Shown piece after piece: positions 1 to 10,256 of a stretch of 53,557 nucleotides of DNA. This stretch comes from Polyangiales bacterium (lineage in GTDB: Bacteria; Myxococcota_A; Polyangia; Polyangiales; Polyangiaceae): positions 1 to 53,557 of the forward strand of contig JBBRLQ010000043.1 of the NCBI GenBank assembly GCA_038231275.1. The letters are read 5' to 3'. The stretch's first letter is position 1. Each line of letters begins with the position of its first letter. The position numbers and the translations under genes are program-made. The notes beneath the pieces were generated by a model. The model did not search any database. It saw only the letters and a list, made by a program, of their open reading frames with translations, and was not told the origin of the DNA.

Positions 1-96
1 ATCACGCCGGTCGGCCTCGAGGAGCAGATGCGCTTCGCAATCCGCGAAGGGGGCCGCACCGTCGGCGCAGGGATCGTCACCAAGGTCATCGAGTAA
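1..96 (+). CDS. tuf: Elongation factor Tu, C-terminal fragment (5' truncated by window)
   Basis: Frame 1 reads [31 protein letters not shown], the conserved EF-Tu C-terminus, directly upstream of rpsJ. Confidence 0.97.
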   Translation: MTPVGLEEQMRFAIREGGRTVGAGIVTKVIE

Positions 97-108
97 GGGA
101 ACATAGAC

Positions 109-420
<312 letters not shown>

Positions 421-443
421 GCGGAAGTAGAAGGAACTGAGTC

Positions 444-1088
444 ATGGCAAAGATCGACGTCTTCAATATGAAGCGCGAGAAGGTGGGCTCCGTAGAGCTC
501 GCCGACGAGGTCTTTGGCGCCGAAGTGAAAGAGCATCTCTTTTACGAGGTCGTCAAAGCCCAGCTCGCGTCACGCCGTCAGGGCACGCAGTGCGCCAAGA
601 ACCGCTCGGCGGTCTCCGGTAGCACGAAGAAAATCTACAAACAGAAGGGCACCGGCGGCGCTCGCCACGGGTCCAAGCGCGCGCCGTTGTTCGTCGGCGG
701 CGGTCGCGCTCACCCGCCGCGTCCGCGCGACTGGAGCTACCGTCCCCCGCGCGAAGTGCGCGTCGGCGCGCTCCGCAGCGCGCTCTCCAAGTTCGTCAAG
801 GAAGGCCGCCTCGTCGTGGTCGACCGCTTCGAGCTCGCGGAGATCAAGACCAAGGCGCTCATTGGCGCGCTCACGACCCTGAAGGCCCTGAAGAAGGCTC
901 TCGTCGTCGACAGCAGCACGAACGAGAACCTCAAGCTCTCGATCCGCAACAGCAAGGACCACGCGTTTCTGCCGCCCGAGGGCCTGAACGTGTACGACCT
1001 CCTTCGACACGACACCCTCGTCCTCTCGCAGGACGCCGCCAAGGCGATCGAGCAGCGCTGCTTGAAGAACGCCGGAGGTGCGAAATGA
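444..1088 (+). CDS. rplD: 50S ribosomal protein L4
   Basis: [33 protein letters not shown] motifs. Confidence 0.98.
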   Translation: MAKIDVFNMKREKVGSVELADEVFGAEVKEHLFYEVVKAQLASRRQGTQCAKNRSAVSGSTKKIYKQKGTGGARHGSKRAPLFVGGGRAHPPRPRDWSYRPPREVRVGALRSALSKFVKEGRLVVVDRFELAEIKTKALIGALTTLKALKKALVVDSSTNENLKLSIRNSKDHAFLPPEGLNVYDLLRHDTLVLSQDAAKAIEQRCLKNAGGAK

Positions 1089-1384
1089 CCCCCGAGAGCA
1101 TCATCCGCCGTCCCATCGCGCTCACCGAGAAGGCGAACCGTCTTCGCGAGAAGAACATCGTCGTCTTCGAGGTCTTGCGCGATGCGAACAAGATCCAGAT
1201 CAAAGACGCCGTCCAGAAGATGTTCAAGGTGACCGTCACCAACGTCAACACCCTGGTCATGCGCGGCAAGGACCGCCGCATGGGCCGCGGCTACGCAAAG
1301 ATGCAGAACTGGAAGAAGGCGATGGTCACCCTCAAGGCGGGTGACGCGATCGACTTCTTCGCCGACACGACGAGCGAGAGCTGA
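1085..1384 (+). CDS. rplW: 50S ribosomal protein L23
   Basis: [31 protein letters not shown]. Confidence 0.98.
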   Translation: MTPESIIRRPIALTEKANRLREKNIVVFEVLRDANKIQIKDAVQKMFKVTVTNVNTLVMRGKDRRMGRGYAKMQNWKKAMVTLKAGDAIDFFADTTSES

Positions 1385-1386
1385 TC

Positions 1387-2220
1387 ATGGGCATCAAGAC
1401 TTTTAGGCCGACTTCGCCGGCGCGGCGCTTCTACTCGGTCTCCGACTTCAAGGAGATCAGCAAGGGCGTCAAGGCGCTCAAGAAGCTCACCGAGCACCAA
1501 ACGTCCACCGGCGGCCGCAACAACAACGGCCGCATCACCAGCCGCTTCCGCGGCGGTGGTCACAAGCAGCGCTACCGCATCCTCGACTGGCGCCGCGACA
1601 AGATCGGCATCCCCGCGGTCGTCGCGACCGTCGAGTACGATCCGAACCGCACAGCGCGCATCGCCCTCCTCAACTACGTGGACGGCGAGAAGCGCTACAT
1701 CCTCTGCCCCGACGGTCTCAACGTCGGCGACAAGATCGTCTCGAGCCGTCACGCGGACATCAAGCCGGGCAACTCGCTGGAGCTCCAGTACATCCCGCTC
1801 GGCACGACGATCCACAACATCGAGATGCGCCGCGGCAAGGGCGGGCAGCTCGTTCGCTCCGCCGGCTCCGGCGGCGTGCTGATGGCGAAGGACGGCGCGT
1901 GGGCGCAGGTTCGGCTCCCGAGCGGCGAGGTTCGCCAGATCCACCAGCACTGCCACGCCACGATCGGGCAGGTGTCGAACGCCGATCACGCGAACATCAC
2001 GATCGGCAAGGCCGGGCGTTCGCGCTGGCTCGGTCGTCGCCCGCACAACCGCGGCGTCACCATGAACCCGGTCGATCACCCGATGGGCGGCGGCGAGGGT
2101 CGTTCGAGCGGCGGTCGTCACCCGTGCTCGCCGTGGGGCCAGCTCTCGAAGGGCCTCAAGACGCGCAACAACAAGCGAACCGACGGCATGATCATCAAGC
2201 GTCGTGGACTGAAGGGTTAA
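1387..2220 (+). CDS. rplB: 50S ribosomal protein L2
   Basis: [34 protein letters not shown]. Confidence 0.99.
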   Translation: MGIKTFRPTSPARRFYSVSDFKEISKGVKALKKLTEHQTSTGGRNNNGRITSRFRGGGHKQRYRILDWRRDKIGIPAVVATVEYDPNRTARIALLNYVDGEKRYILCPDGLNVGDKIVSSRHADIKPGNSLELQYIPLGTTIHNIEMRRGKGGQLVRSAGSGGVLMAKDGAWAQVRLPSGEVRQIHQHCHATIGQVSNADHANITIGKAGRSRWLGRRPHNRGVTMNPVDHPMGGGEGRSSGGRHPCSPWGQLSKGLKTRNNKRTDGMIIKRRGLKG

Positions 2221-2229
2221 GGGAGAGCC

Positions 2230-2544
2230 ATGCCGCGTTCAATCAAGAAGGGTGCATTCGTCGACGGCCACTTGGCCGAGAAGATCGCCGCCGCTGGCGC
2301 GACCCAGAGCAAGAAGGTCATCAAGACCTGGTCGCGCCGCAGCACGATCACCCCGGACGCCGTTGGCCTCACGTTCGCCGTCCACAACGGGCGCAAGTTC
2401 GTGCCGGTGTTCGTCACCGAGAACATGGTCGGGCACAAGCTCGGCGAGTTCGCGCCGACGCGCACGTTCCACGGCCACTCGGGCGACAAGAAGGCGAAGG
2501 TCTCGAAGGGCGGAAGCGCCGCTCCGCCGCCGCCCGCGAAGTAA
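2230..2544 (+). CDS. rpsS: 30S ribosomal protein S19
   Basis: [30 protein letters not shown]. Confidence 0.99.
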   Translation: MPRSIKKGAFVDGHLAEKIAAAGATQSKKVIKTWSRRSTITPDAVGLTFAVHNGRKFVPVFVTENMVGHKLGEFAPTRTFHGHSGDKKAKVSKGGSAAPPPPAK

Positions 2545-2570
2545 GCTAGCGCGGAGCGTCACCGCTCCCC

Positions 2571-2606
2571 CGAAGGCCCGCGCGATTCAGTTCGTGCGGG
2601 CCTTCG
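2571..2606. terminator. Hairpin between convergent genes after rpsS (likely terminator)
   Basis: cgaaggcccgcgcga-ttcagt-tcgtgcgggccttcg, 15-bp stem with one G-U pair; no strong U tract. Confidence 0.65.
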
Positions 2607-2632
2607 CGCGTTTGCGGATCGACGGTTCTCGG

Positions 2633-4081
2633 TCAGGGTGGGTAGGAGACGAGGGCAGGGCCCGTGGCGCTCGAGTGCCACGCATAGACGCACGACGGGA
2701 GCGCCACGACCTTGCCGACGATCGCTCCCGGCTTGGCATCGATGATTTTGGTGGCGGGGCTAGTGGACGGGTAGTCGAGTCCTTCGCGCAGGAGTAGGCC
2801 CATGCCGGTGTCGCGGTAGAGGCCGACGGACGACAGGGATACGTGGACCGAGTCGCTCGGCATGGTCGCGGGCACGTCGTCGGAGAGACGCACCGACACG
2901 AGCGTCGGGGTCGGTTGATCGATGAGCCACGCCACACGCAGGCCGTTCGTCGTCAGCTCGCGGATGTGTGTGCCGACCGGATAGGGAAACTTCGCGGTCA
3001 CGCTCCCGCCGGGGCCGGACAGCGGTCCTGCGTAGACGCCGGGGTCCAGGGTCACCCACGCCTCGGTTCGCGTCACGGCGAGCTCGCCCTTCGCCGTCGC
3101 GGCGGGCCCGACGAGATCGAAGAGGACCCCTCCGTCGCCTTGGAGCACGCTGACGGGGTTGGCGTAGTACGGGTTGGCGCTGGCGCCCGTCGCGGCGCCG
3201 AACGCGGCGAGCGAAAACGAAGCGCCCGCGACTTGCGTGTACTTTGCACTGACGATGTCGTACGCCTTGAGCTCGCCGGTCACGGAGCTGTAGTAGACGG
3301 TCGTGTCCGCCGCGGCGATGCGTGTCGTGCCGCCCGTTCCGGGGACCGTCCTCAGCGACTTCGCGGCGACGTCGTAGAACGCGATGGCGCCCCCGGCGAT
3401 CCAGAAGACGTGCGAGGACGTCGCCGCCAGCTCACTGAGGGTGGGCGTCGGCGGATTGGGCTCGAGCACTCCACCGGTGCAGAAGGCGGGACCTCCGTCC
3501 GACGCGCCTGCGTCCGGGCTGGCATCGCTCGCGGCGTCGGCGCCACCTTGCCCGCCGTCGCGCGAGGCGTCGTACGTGCTCCCCGCGTCGAGGTCGGCGA
3601 CGGCGCTCGGATCGTCGAACGACGCCGACAGGCATTCGCCGAGGACGCAGGTCGTATCCGAACCACACGCCTTGCCGAGGCACGCGGCGCGCAAGTCCAC
3701 CGGGATGGTGAGCGGCGAGTGCGGGATGAAGCGGAGCTTGCGGCGCGCGACCACGCAATCGAGATCGCCGGCAGGGTCGCAGTCCACGGGCTTCTTCCCG
3801 CGCGCGACCGTCGCGACCACGGTGAGCGCCGCGCCCTGGTCGCCGCTCGGCACGAGGACGATCGATCCCAGATCCTGGATTCCGTGACGCGCGCCGGCGA
3901 CGCACGCCGCGCCGTCGCCGAACGATGCGCCCGCACCGACGCGCGCCGTCAGCCCGTCGCACGGCAGGTCGGTCGCCAAGACGACCGTGATCTCGGTCGG
4001 AGAGCGGCAAGCGCCGACCGAGACCCATGCCACGACCAGCCCGCCGAGCACCGCCGCCGTCGTCGTCCGCGACCACCGCAT
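2633..4081 (-). CDS. Hypothetical lipoprotein (Cys-rich N domain, Asp/Ala/Gly linker, possible beta-propeller C domain)
   Basis: Signal peptide ending SVGAC; start chosen at MRWSRTT; DAG-rich linker typical of Polyangiales. Confidence 0.7.
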   Translation of the reverse strand: MRWSRTTTAAVLGGLVVAWVSVGACRSPTEITVVLATDLPCDGLTARVGAGASFGDGAACVAGARHGIQDLGSIVLVPSGDQGAALTVVATVARGKKPVDCDPAGDLDCVVARRKLRFIPHSPLTIPVDLRAACLGKACGSDTTCVLGECLSASFDDPSAVADLDAGSTYDASRDGGQGGADAASDASPDAGASDGGPAFCTGGVLEPNPPTPTLSELAATSSHVFWIAGGAIAFYDVAAKSLRTVPGTGGTTRIAAADTTVYYSSVTGELKAYDIVSAKYTQVAGASFSLAAFGAATGASANPYYANPVSVLQGDGGVLFDLVGPAATAKGELAVTRTEAWVTLDPGVYAGPLSGPGGSVTAKFPYPVGTHIRELTTNGLRVAWLIDQPTPTLVSVRLSDDVPATMPSDSVHVSLSSVGLYRDTGMGLLLREGLDYPSTSPATKIIDAKPGAIVGKVVALPSCVYAWHSSATGPALVSYPP

Positions 4082-4215
4082 CTCCACGAGGTTATTCGTC
4101 TCTTGGTTCCGGTGCGAGCATGACGGAGCCGCGCCTCGTGTGAGCGAGCGCATCACGTCCTCCGACCTGAAAAGTTGACCCGAGAGGTCGCGCGCGCTGT
4201 CCTTAACGAGACACG

Positions 4216-4626
4216 ATGCGTGTTCTTGCCTTGATCGCGCCGCTCTTCATGGCGTCGGTGGCTTCGCTCGCGCTGATTGGCTGCGGCGGAGACGACACCT
4301 GTCTCACGTGCGACGACGCCGGCGCGCCCGACGCGTCCGACGCGCGCGCGAACGACGCGACGATCGACGCGCTCGACGGAGGAGACGGCAGCGCCGACGC
4401 CAGCGACGGCGACTCGGCGGCCGACGCACGGACCGACGGAGACGTCGAGGGCGGCGCCGATCTCGGACGGCCCGGCGCGGCCTTCGTCTCGAGCGGGACG
4501 GTGTGCGCGAGCCCGAAGTACCGCATGGTCGTCTCGCTCGGGCAGGGCCCCGGCGGCACCGACACGAGCACGTCGCCCAAGTATCGGTTCAACGGCGGCG
4601 TCGTCGGCGCGACGCAGAAGCAGTGA
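4216..4626 (+). CDS. Small hypothetical lipoprotein
   Basis: Lipobox LIGC, acidic DAG linker, C-terminal module with twice-repeated SPKYR. Confidence 0.7.
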   Translation: MRVLALIAPLFMASVASLALIGCGGDDTCLTCDDAGAPDASDARANDATIDALDGGDGSADASDGDSAADARTDGDVEGGADLGRPGAAFVSSGTVCASPKYRMVVSLGQGPGGTDTSTSPKYRFNGGVVGATQKQ

Positions 4627-4648
4627 CGCGGAGGCAGGAGCAGTCGAC

Positions 4649-5710
4649 ATGAAGCGAACGATGAGGGCGATGAGGGCCATGAGGGCGGCGGGCGCGGTCG
4701 TGGTGGCCGGCCTCGGCTACGCGTCCCACGCGTCGGCCGTCCCGATGGCGCTCGACGAGCAAGGGAGGTTGTTTGACGCCGCGGGAAACCCGGTCGTCGG
4801 CGCCACGTCCTTCGTCTTCACGCTCTACGACGCGCCATCGGGCGGGAAGGTGCTGTGGACAGAGACGCAGTCGGTGACGCTCGACGGCGGCTACTTCTCG
4901 GCGCGCCTCGGCGAGGTCACGCCGCTGCCGGCCGGAGCGTTCGACGGGACGAAGCGCTACCTCGGCGTCGCAGTCAACGGCGACGCGGAGATGACGCCGC
5001 GGCAAGCTGCCGTGAGCGTTCCGTACGCGCTCGTCAGCGACAACGCGACGGGCGACATCTCGCCGAAGACGGTGAGCGTCGGCGGCGGTCTCGTCATCGA
5101 CGCGGCGGGCAACTGGGTCGGGCCGAAGACCGGTCTCGTCGGACCGACGGGACCCGCGGGGCCTCCAGGTGCAGCCGGCGCGCAGGGACCCGCGGGGCCA
5201 CCAGGGTCGGCGGGTGCGGTGGGTCCGGCGGGTCCAGCAGGCGCGATCGGGCCGGCCGGTCCGGCCGGTCCAGCAGGTCCAGCAGGTCCGGCAGGTCCCG
5301 CCGGTCCAGCCGGGGCTACAGGAGCAACGGGAGCTACGGGCCCGGCCGGACCGCAGGGGTCGTCGTATCCGCCGGTCACAGCGCTCTTCGGCGCAGGTCC
5401 CATTCGCATCTTCACGGGCGGCACGTTCGTCCTCGACGCGACGAACCCGACGACGCTGCAGCTCCGAACCACCGCGGCGGCCGCCAACGACTACGGGATG
5501 ATCGTGCCCTCGACGTGCGCGGCGAACTCCTCGGCGACGTCGCAGACGTTCCGCGCCTCCGCGACGGTCGGTCAGACGCTCAACGGCACCTTCTGCGGCG
5601 TCGGGAGCTCCGTCGTCGTGTCGGTGTTCGAAGGCGCCGCGCAGAAGAGCAACTCGTTTGTCTGCCAGCGCTCGCGCGTCAACGCCATCGTGTGCACGCG
5701 CGTCTTCTGA
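4649..5710 (+). CDS. Secreted collagen-like (tail-fiber-like) protein
   Basis: GGAG RBS, signal peptide, [31 protein letters not shown]-domain, about 25 G-X-Y triplets. Confidence 0.85.
   Translation: MKRTMRAMRAMRAAGAVVVAGLGYASHASAVPMALDEQGRLFDAAGNPVVGATSFVFTLYDAPSGGKVLWTETQSVTLDGGYFSARLGEVTPLPAGAFDGTKRYLGVAVNGDAEMTPRQAAVSVPYALVSDNATGDISPKTVSVGGGLVIDAAGNWVGPKTGLVGPTGPAGPPGAAGAQGPAGPPGSAGAVGPAGPAGAIGPAGPAGPAGPAGPAGPAGPAGATGATGATGPAGPQGSSYPPVTALFGAGPIRIFTGGTFVLDATNPTTLQLRTTAAAANDYGMIVPSTCAANSSATSQTFRASATVGQTLNGTFCGVGSSVVVSVFEGAAQKSNSFVCQRSRVNAIVCTRVF
5132..5358 (+). repeat. Collagen G-X-Y coding repeat (mostly GPA/GAT)
   Basis: 9-bp periodic ggtccggca/ggtccagca-type units. Confidence 0.9.
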
Positions 5711-5769
5711 CGCACGAAGGCGTCATCTCCGCGAAATTTCGAGCCGCCCTCGTGCGACTCTAACGCGCG

Positions 5770-6648
5770 ATGGACCTCCGCATCGAACGCCTCTCCAAGC
5801 GCTACCCCGCGGGCGTCCAGGCGCTCCGCGACGTTTCGCTCACGATTCGGCCCGGCATGTTCGGCCTCCTCGGACCCAACGGCGCCGGCAAGTCGACCCT
5901 CATGCGCACGCTGGCGACGCTCCAAGAAGCCGACGCCGGTGAGGTGAAGCTCGGCGACGTGGACGTCCTCCACGACAAGGACACGGCGCGTCGCGTGCTC
6001 GGGTACCTCCCGCAGGAGTTCGGCCTCTACCCGAAGGTCTCGGCAGAGGATTTGCTCGACCACCTCGCCGCGCTCAAGGGAATCACCCGCGCCGGCGAGC
6101 GACGCGACGCCGTGCACGCGCTGCTCCAGCGGACCAACCTCCTGGACGTGCGCAAGAAGCCGCTCGGCACCTTCTCGGGCGGCATGAAGCAGCGCTTCGG
6201 CATCGCCCAGGCGCTCCTCGGCCAGCCGCGCCTCGTGATCGTGGACGAGCCGACCGCCGGCCTCGATCCGGAGGAGCGCGTGCGGTTCCACAATTTGCTC
6301 AGCGAGATCGGCGAGAGTGTCATCGTCATCTTGTCGACGCACATCGTCGGCGACGTGGTGGACGTGTGCCGCGACATGGCGATCCTCCACGAGGGCAAGG
6401 TCCTCGCGAGCGGCGAGCCGGCGCAAGCGATCGCCGGCTTGAACGGAAAGATTTGGCAGAAGACCGTGGCGCGCGCCGAGCTCGAGGGGTACGAGCGCGA
6501 CCACGCGGTCGTCTCGACGCGCCTGTTCGGCGGACGAACGCGCGTGCGGGTCCTCGCCGACGCGCGACCGGATGCCTCGTTCGAGGCTGCGGAGGCCGAC
6601 CTCGAGGACGTGTACTTCTCGGCGATCAAGGGCCTCGGTCGGGCGTGA
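5770..6648 (+). CDS. ABC transporter ATP-binding protein
   Basis: Walker A GPNGAGKST, signature FSGGMKQR, Walker B IVDEPT. Confidence 0.97.
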   Translation: MDLRIERLSKRYPAGVQALRDVSLTIRPGMFGLLGPNGAGKSTLMRTLATLQEADAGEVKLGDVDVLHDKDTARRVLGYLPQEFGLYPKVSAEDLLDHLAALKGITRAGERRDAVHALLQRTNLLDVRKKPLGTFSGGMKQRFGIAQALLGQPRLVIVDEPTAGLDPEERVRFHNLLSEIGESVIVILSTHIVGDVVDVCRDMAILHEGKVLASGEPAQAIAGLNGKIWQKTVARAELEGYERDHAVVSTRLFGGRTRVRVLADARPDASFEAAEADLEDVYFSAIKGLGRA

Positions 6649-9600
6649 TGCTGCTGCGGATCGCGACCTTCGAGGTGCGCTCGCGTCTGCGCGCGCCGTC
6701 GACGTACGTGTATTGTGCACTGTTCTTCGTGCTCGCCTTCTTCTGGGTGACGGTCGCCGGCGGCGGCGTCAAGGGGGTGAATGTGGACTTCGGCGCGAGC
6801 GCGAAGGTCGCCGTCAACGCGCCGTATGCGTTCGGCCTCCTCGCGCTCCTGACCGGAAATTTCGGCACCGTAATCACGGCGACGTTCGCCGGCCGTGCGA
6901 CGTTCCAGGACGTGGAGCACCGCAGCGAGTCGTTCTTCTTCACGGCGCCGATCACCAAGCTCGACTACCTGGGCGGTCGGTGGCTCGGCGCCTTCTTGTC
7001 GTCGCTCCTCCTGTACCCGTGGATCGCGCTCGGCGCGCTCGCCGCCGCGCACGGTCCCTTGGTGGACGCGTCGCGCGTGGGGCCCGACACCGCGCTCTCC
7101 TATCTCGCGCCGTACGCGACGATCCTCGTCCCGAACCTCGTCCTCACGACGTCGCTCTTCTTCGCGATGGCGACCCTCTTTCGGCGGATGCTCCCCGTAT
7201 ACGTCGCCTCGATCGTGCTGGTCCTCGGCTACATCCTGGCGCTCCAGATCACCGGCGACATCTCGACGCGCCCGCTCGCCGCGCTCCTCGACCCGTTCGG
7301 CAGCAACGCCGTCGACCGCATCACCGAGTACTGGACGATCGCCGACAAGAACACGCGCGTCGTTCCTTTCGCGGGACCGCTCGCGCTGAACCGCGCGGTC
7401 TGGATGGTGGTAACCGCGGCGCTCCTCGCGATCGCGTACGCCCGCTTCTCCTTCACGGACCGAGGGGCCCGCGCAAAGCCGCACGCGCCGGAGGCGAGGT
7501 CGCCGCGTCCGAACACACCCCCCCACGCGTTGCCGACGACGACGCTCGACTTCTCGCGTGCGGCCTCGCTCCGCGCGATGCTGGGCCTCGCGCGCCTTCA
7601 GCTTCGCGAGACCGTGAAGAGCCCGTTCTTCCTCGCCGTGCTCGTCGCGGCCGGCATCTTCGTCGCGGTGGCCGGCGCCGAGGTCGACCAGATGATCGGC
7701 ACCAAGACGCTGCCGGTCACATACGTCGTGCTCGAGGTCCTGGGTGGAGCGTTCACGCTCTTCGTCGTCGTCCTCATCGCCTTTTACGCGGGCGAGCTGG
7801 TGTGGAGGGAGCGCGATGCGCGTCTCGCGCCCATCCTCGACGCGCTCCCCGTCCCGCGGTGGGTCCTCTTCGGCTCGAAGGTCGTCGCGCTCTTCGGGCT
7901 CCAGGTCTTCCTCGTGGCGGCGCTCATGGCCGCCGGCATCGTGCTTCAGCTCGCGAAGGGCTACCACGAGCACGAAATCGGCTTGTATTTGCGGACGCTC
8001 ATTGGGATCCGCCTCGTCGGGTTCTGGATCCTCTGCGCCATCGCGCTCTTCGTGCACGTCATCGTGAACGACAAAGCCGTCGGGCACGTCGTCACGATCG
8101 CGTACTTCGTCGCCAGCGTCGCGCTCCCGCTTCTCGGCTTCGAGCATCACCTCTATCGCGTCGGGATGCTCCCCGACTTCAAGTACTCCGCGATGAACGG
8201 CTTCGGGCACTTCGTCGCGCCGCTCGTCGCGTACGAGGTGTACTGGGGACTCTTCGCCGCCGCGCTCGCGATCATCGCGAACGCGATGTGGGTACGCGGC
8301 GCCGCCGGCACGCTCCAGCAGCGGATCGCCCTCGCGCGCGCGACGACGCCGCGCACCACGAAACGGATCGTCGCCGCGCTGCTCGTCGCGTTCGCGGCTA
8401 CGGGCGCCTTCATCTTCTGGAACACCAACATCCTCAATCGGTACGTGCCGCGCACGACCGAGGAGGGCGAGAAGGCAGATTGGGAGAAGCAGTACAAGTC
8501 CTGGGAAAAGACACCGCAGCCTCGCATTCGCGCGCTCACGCTCTCGGTCGACTTCTTCCCGGAGTCGCGCGCCGCGAAGCTGCGCGGCACCTACGCGCTG
8601 GAGAACGCGTCCGGCGCCGACATCCCGCGTGTCGCGATCACGCTCCCGCAGAGCGCGCGCGGCGTCACCCTCTCGTTCGGTCGTGGCGAGCGACGCACGA
8701 TCGCCGACGAGCGCCTCGGGTTCTTCGTCTTCGATCTCGCGACGCCCCTCCAGCCAGGGGAGAAGGCGACCCTCGCGTTCGAGCTCGCGTTCGAGAACCT
8801 AGGCTTCACCGAGTCGGCGTCCGACACGCGCCTGGTCGCCAACGGCTCCTTCCTCAAGCCCGACTCGCTGCCCATCGTCGGGTACGACGGCTCCCGCGAG
8901 GTCCTCGAGGACGCGACGCGCAAGAAATACGACCTCTCGCCGCTCCACGTCGCGGCCCCCGGAGATCCGTACGCGTCTGCCCGCAACTACGGGACCTCGG
9001 AGGCGGACTGGGTCGACCTCGACGTGACCCTCAGCACCAGCCCCGATCAGCTCGCGATCACCGCTGGCCACCTCGTGCGCGAATGGAGCGAGGGCGGCCG
9101 CCGCTTCTTCCACTACCGGCCCGAGGGCAAGGTGATGGTCTTCTGCAGCTTCATCTCGGGTCGCTACGAGGTCGTGCGCGACGTTTGGCATGCACCTGCC
9201 GGCGCCGCGCCGGGCACGCGCGACGTCGCGATCGAGGTCGATCATCACCCCGGCCACGCGTACGACGTGCCGCGCATGATCAACGGCGTGAAGCGCTCGC
9301 TCGACTATTTCACCGCGAGCTTCGGCCCGTACCAGCACGAGCAAGTGCGCATCGTGGAGTTTCCTCGCTACGCGCGCTTCGCGCAGGCCGATCCCGGCGT
9401 CATTCCCTTCTCCGAGGCGATCGGCTTCATCGCGAAGGTCGACGGGAACGATCCCCAGGATCTCGACATCCCCTTCTACGTCACCGCGCACGAGGTCGCG
9501 CACATGTGGTGGGGGCATCAGGTCGTGAGCGCCGACGTGCAGGGGGCGACGGTGCTCTCGGAGTCGCTCGCGCAGTACTCGGCGCTCATGGTGATGAAGC

Positions 9601-10256
9601 GAGAGTTCGGGCCTGTCGCGATGAAGAAGTTCCTCCGCTACGAGCTCGATCGGTACTTGCGCGGGAGGAGCAGCGCCAAGCGCGCAGAGCGGCCGCTCGC
9701 CCTGGTCGAGAACGAGCCGTACATCCACTACGCGAAGGGGAGCCTGACGATGTACGCGCTCGCGGACTACATCGGCGAGGACGCCGTCAACGCAGCCCTC
9801 GCCAAGATCGTCCGCGAATGGAAGTTTCGCGGGCCGCCGTACCCCGACGCGCGCGTCCTCGTCGCCGCGCTTCGCGAGGTCACACCGGCCCAGTACGCGT
9901 ACACGATCGAAGATCTGTTCGAGACGATCACGCTCTACGAGAACCGCGCGACGCACGCGACGGCGACCAAGCGCGCCGATGGCAAGTACGATGTTCGGGT
10001 CGAGGTGCTCGCCAAGAAGCTCCGCGCGAACGACGTGGGCGTCGAGACCGAGATTCCGATCGGGGACTTCGTGGACGTCGGCGTGGTCGATGGGGACGGG
10101 AACGTCACGTCCGTCCAGCGAGAATGGATCGATCGGCCCGCGATGACGTTTACGGTCGTGACCGACGCGCCGCCCGCGAAGGCGGGAATCGACCCCATGG
10201 GCAAGCTCGTCGACCGGTTCCCCGACGACAATCTCGTGGCCGTCGAGAGCAAATGA
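6648..10256 (+). CDS. ABC-2-type permease fused to M1 family zinc aminopeptidase
   Basis: Many TM segments, then AHEVAHMWWG (HEXXH) with downstream SESLAQYS Glu and YIHYAKG; TGATG coupling to the ATPase gene. Confidence 0.9.
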   Translation: MLLRIATFEVRSRLRAPSTYVYCALFFVLAFFWVTVAGGGVKGVNVDFGASAKVAVNAPYAFGLLALLTGNFGTVITATFAGRATFQDVEHRSESFFFTAPITKLDYLGGRWLGAFLSSLLLYPWIALGALAAAHGPLVDASRVGPDTALSYLAPYATILVPNLVLTTSLFFAMATLFRRMLPVYVASIVLVLGYILALQITGDISTRPLAALLDPFGSNAVDRITEYWTIADKNTRVVPFAGPLALNRAVWMVVTAALLAIAYARFSFTDRGARAKPHAPEARSPRPNTPPHALPTTTLDFSRAASLRAMLGLARLQLRETVKSPFFLAVLVAAGIFVAVAGAEVDQMIGTKTLPVTYVVLEVLGGAFTLFVVVLIAFYAGELVWRERDARLAPILDALPVPRWVLFGSKVVALFGLQVFLVAALMAAGIVLQLAKGYHEHEIGLYLRTLIGIRLVGFWILCAIALFVHVIVNDKAVGHVVTIAYFVASVALPLLGFEHHLYRVGMLPDFKYSAMNGFGHFVAPLVAYEVYWGLFAAALAIIANAMWVRGAAGTLQQRIALARATTPRTTKRIVAALLVAFAATGAFIFWNTNILNRYVPRTTEEGEKADWEKQYKSWEKTPQPRIRALTLSVDFFPESRAAKLRGTYALENASGADIPRVAITLPQSARGVTLSFGRGERRTIADERLGFFVFDLATPLQPGEKATLAFELAFENLGFTESASDTRLVANGSFLKPDSLPIVGYDGSREVLEDATRKKYDLSPLHVAAPGDPYASARNYGTSEADWVDLDVTLSTSPDQLAITAGHLVREWSEGGRRFFHYRPEGKVMVFCSFISGRYEVVRDVWHAPAGAAPGTRDVAIEVDHHPGHAYDVPRMINGVKRSLDYFTASFGPYQHEQVRIVEFPRYARFAQADPGVIPFSEAIGFIAKVDGNDPQDLDIPFYVTAHEVAHMWWGHQVVSADVQGATVLSESLAQYSALMVMKREFGPVAMKKFLRYELDRYLRGRSSAKRAERPLALVENEPYIHYAKGSLTMYALADYIGEDAVNAALAKIVREWKFRGPPYPDARVLVAALREVTPAQYAYTIEDLFETITLYENRATHATATKRADGKYDVRVEVLAKKLRANDVGVETEIPIGDFVDVGVVDGDGNVTSVQREWIDRPAMTFTVVTDAPPAKAGIDPMGKLVDRFPDDNLVAVESK

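Noticed and set aside
640..672. L4 loop QKGTGGAR instead of QKGTGRAR as a macrolide-resistance allele
   Set aside because: Gly at this position occurs naturally in other bacterial lineages; nothing here supports resistance
4649..5710. Prophage remnant suggested by the tail-fiber-like protein
   Set aside because: Has a signal peptide and no other phage genes or integrase are present
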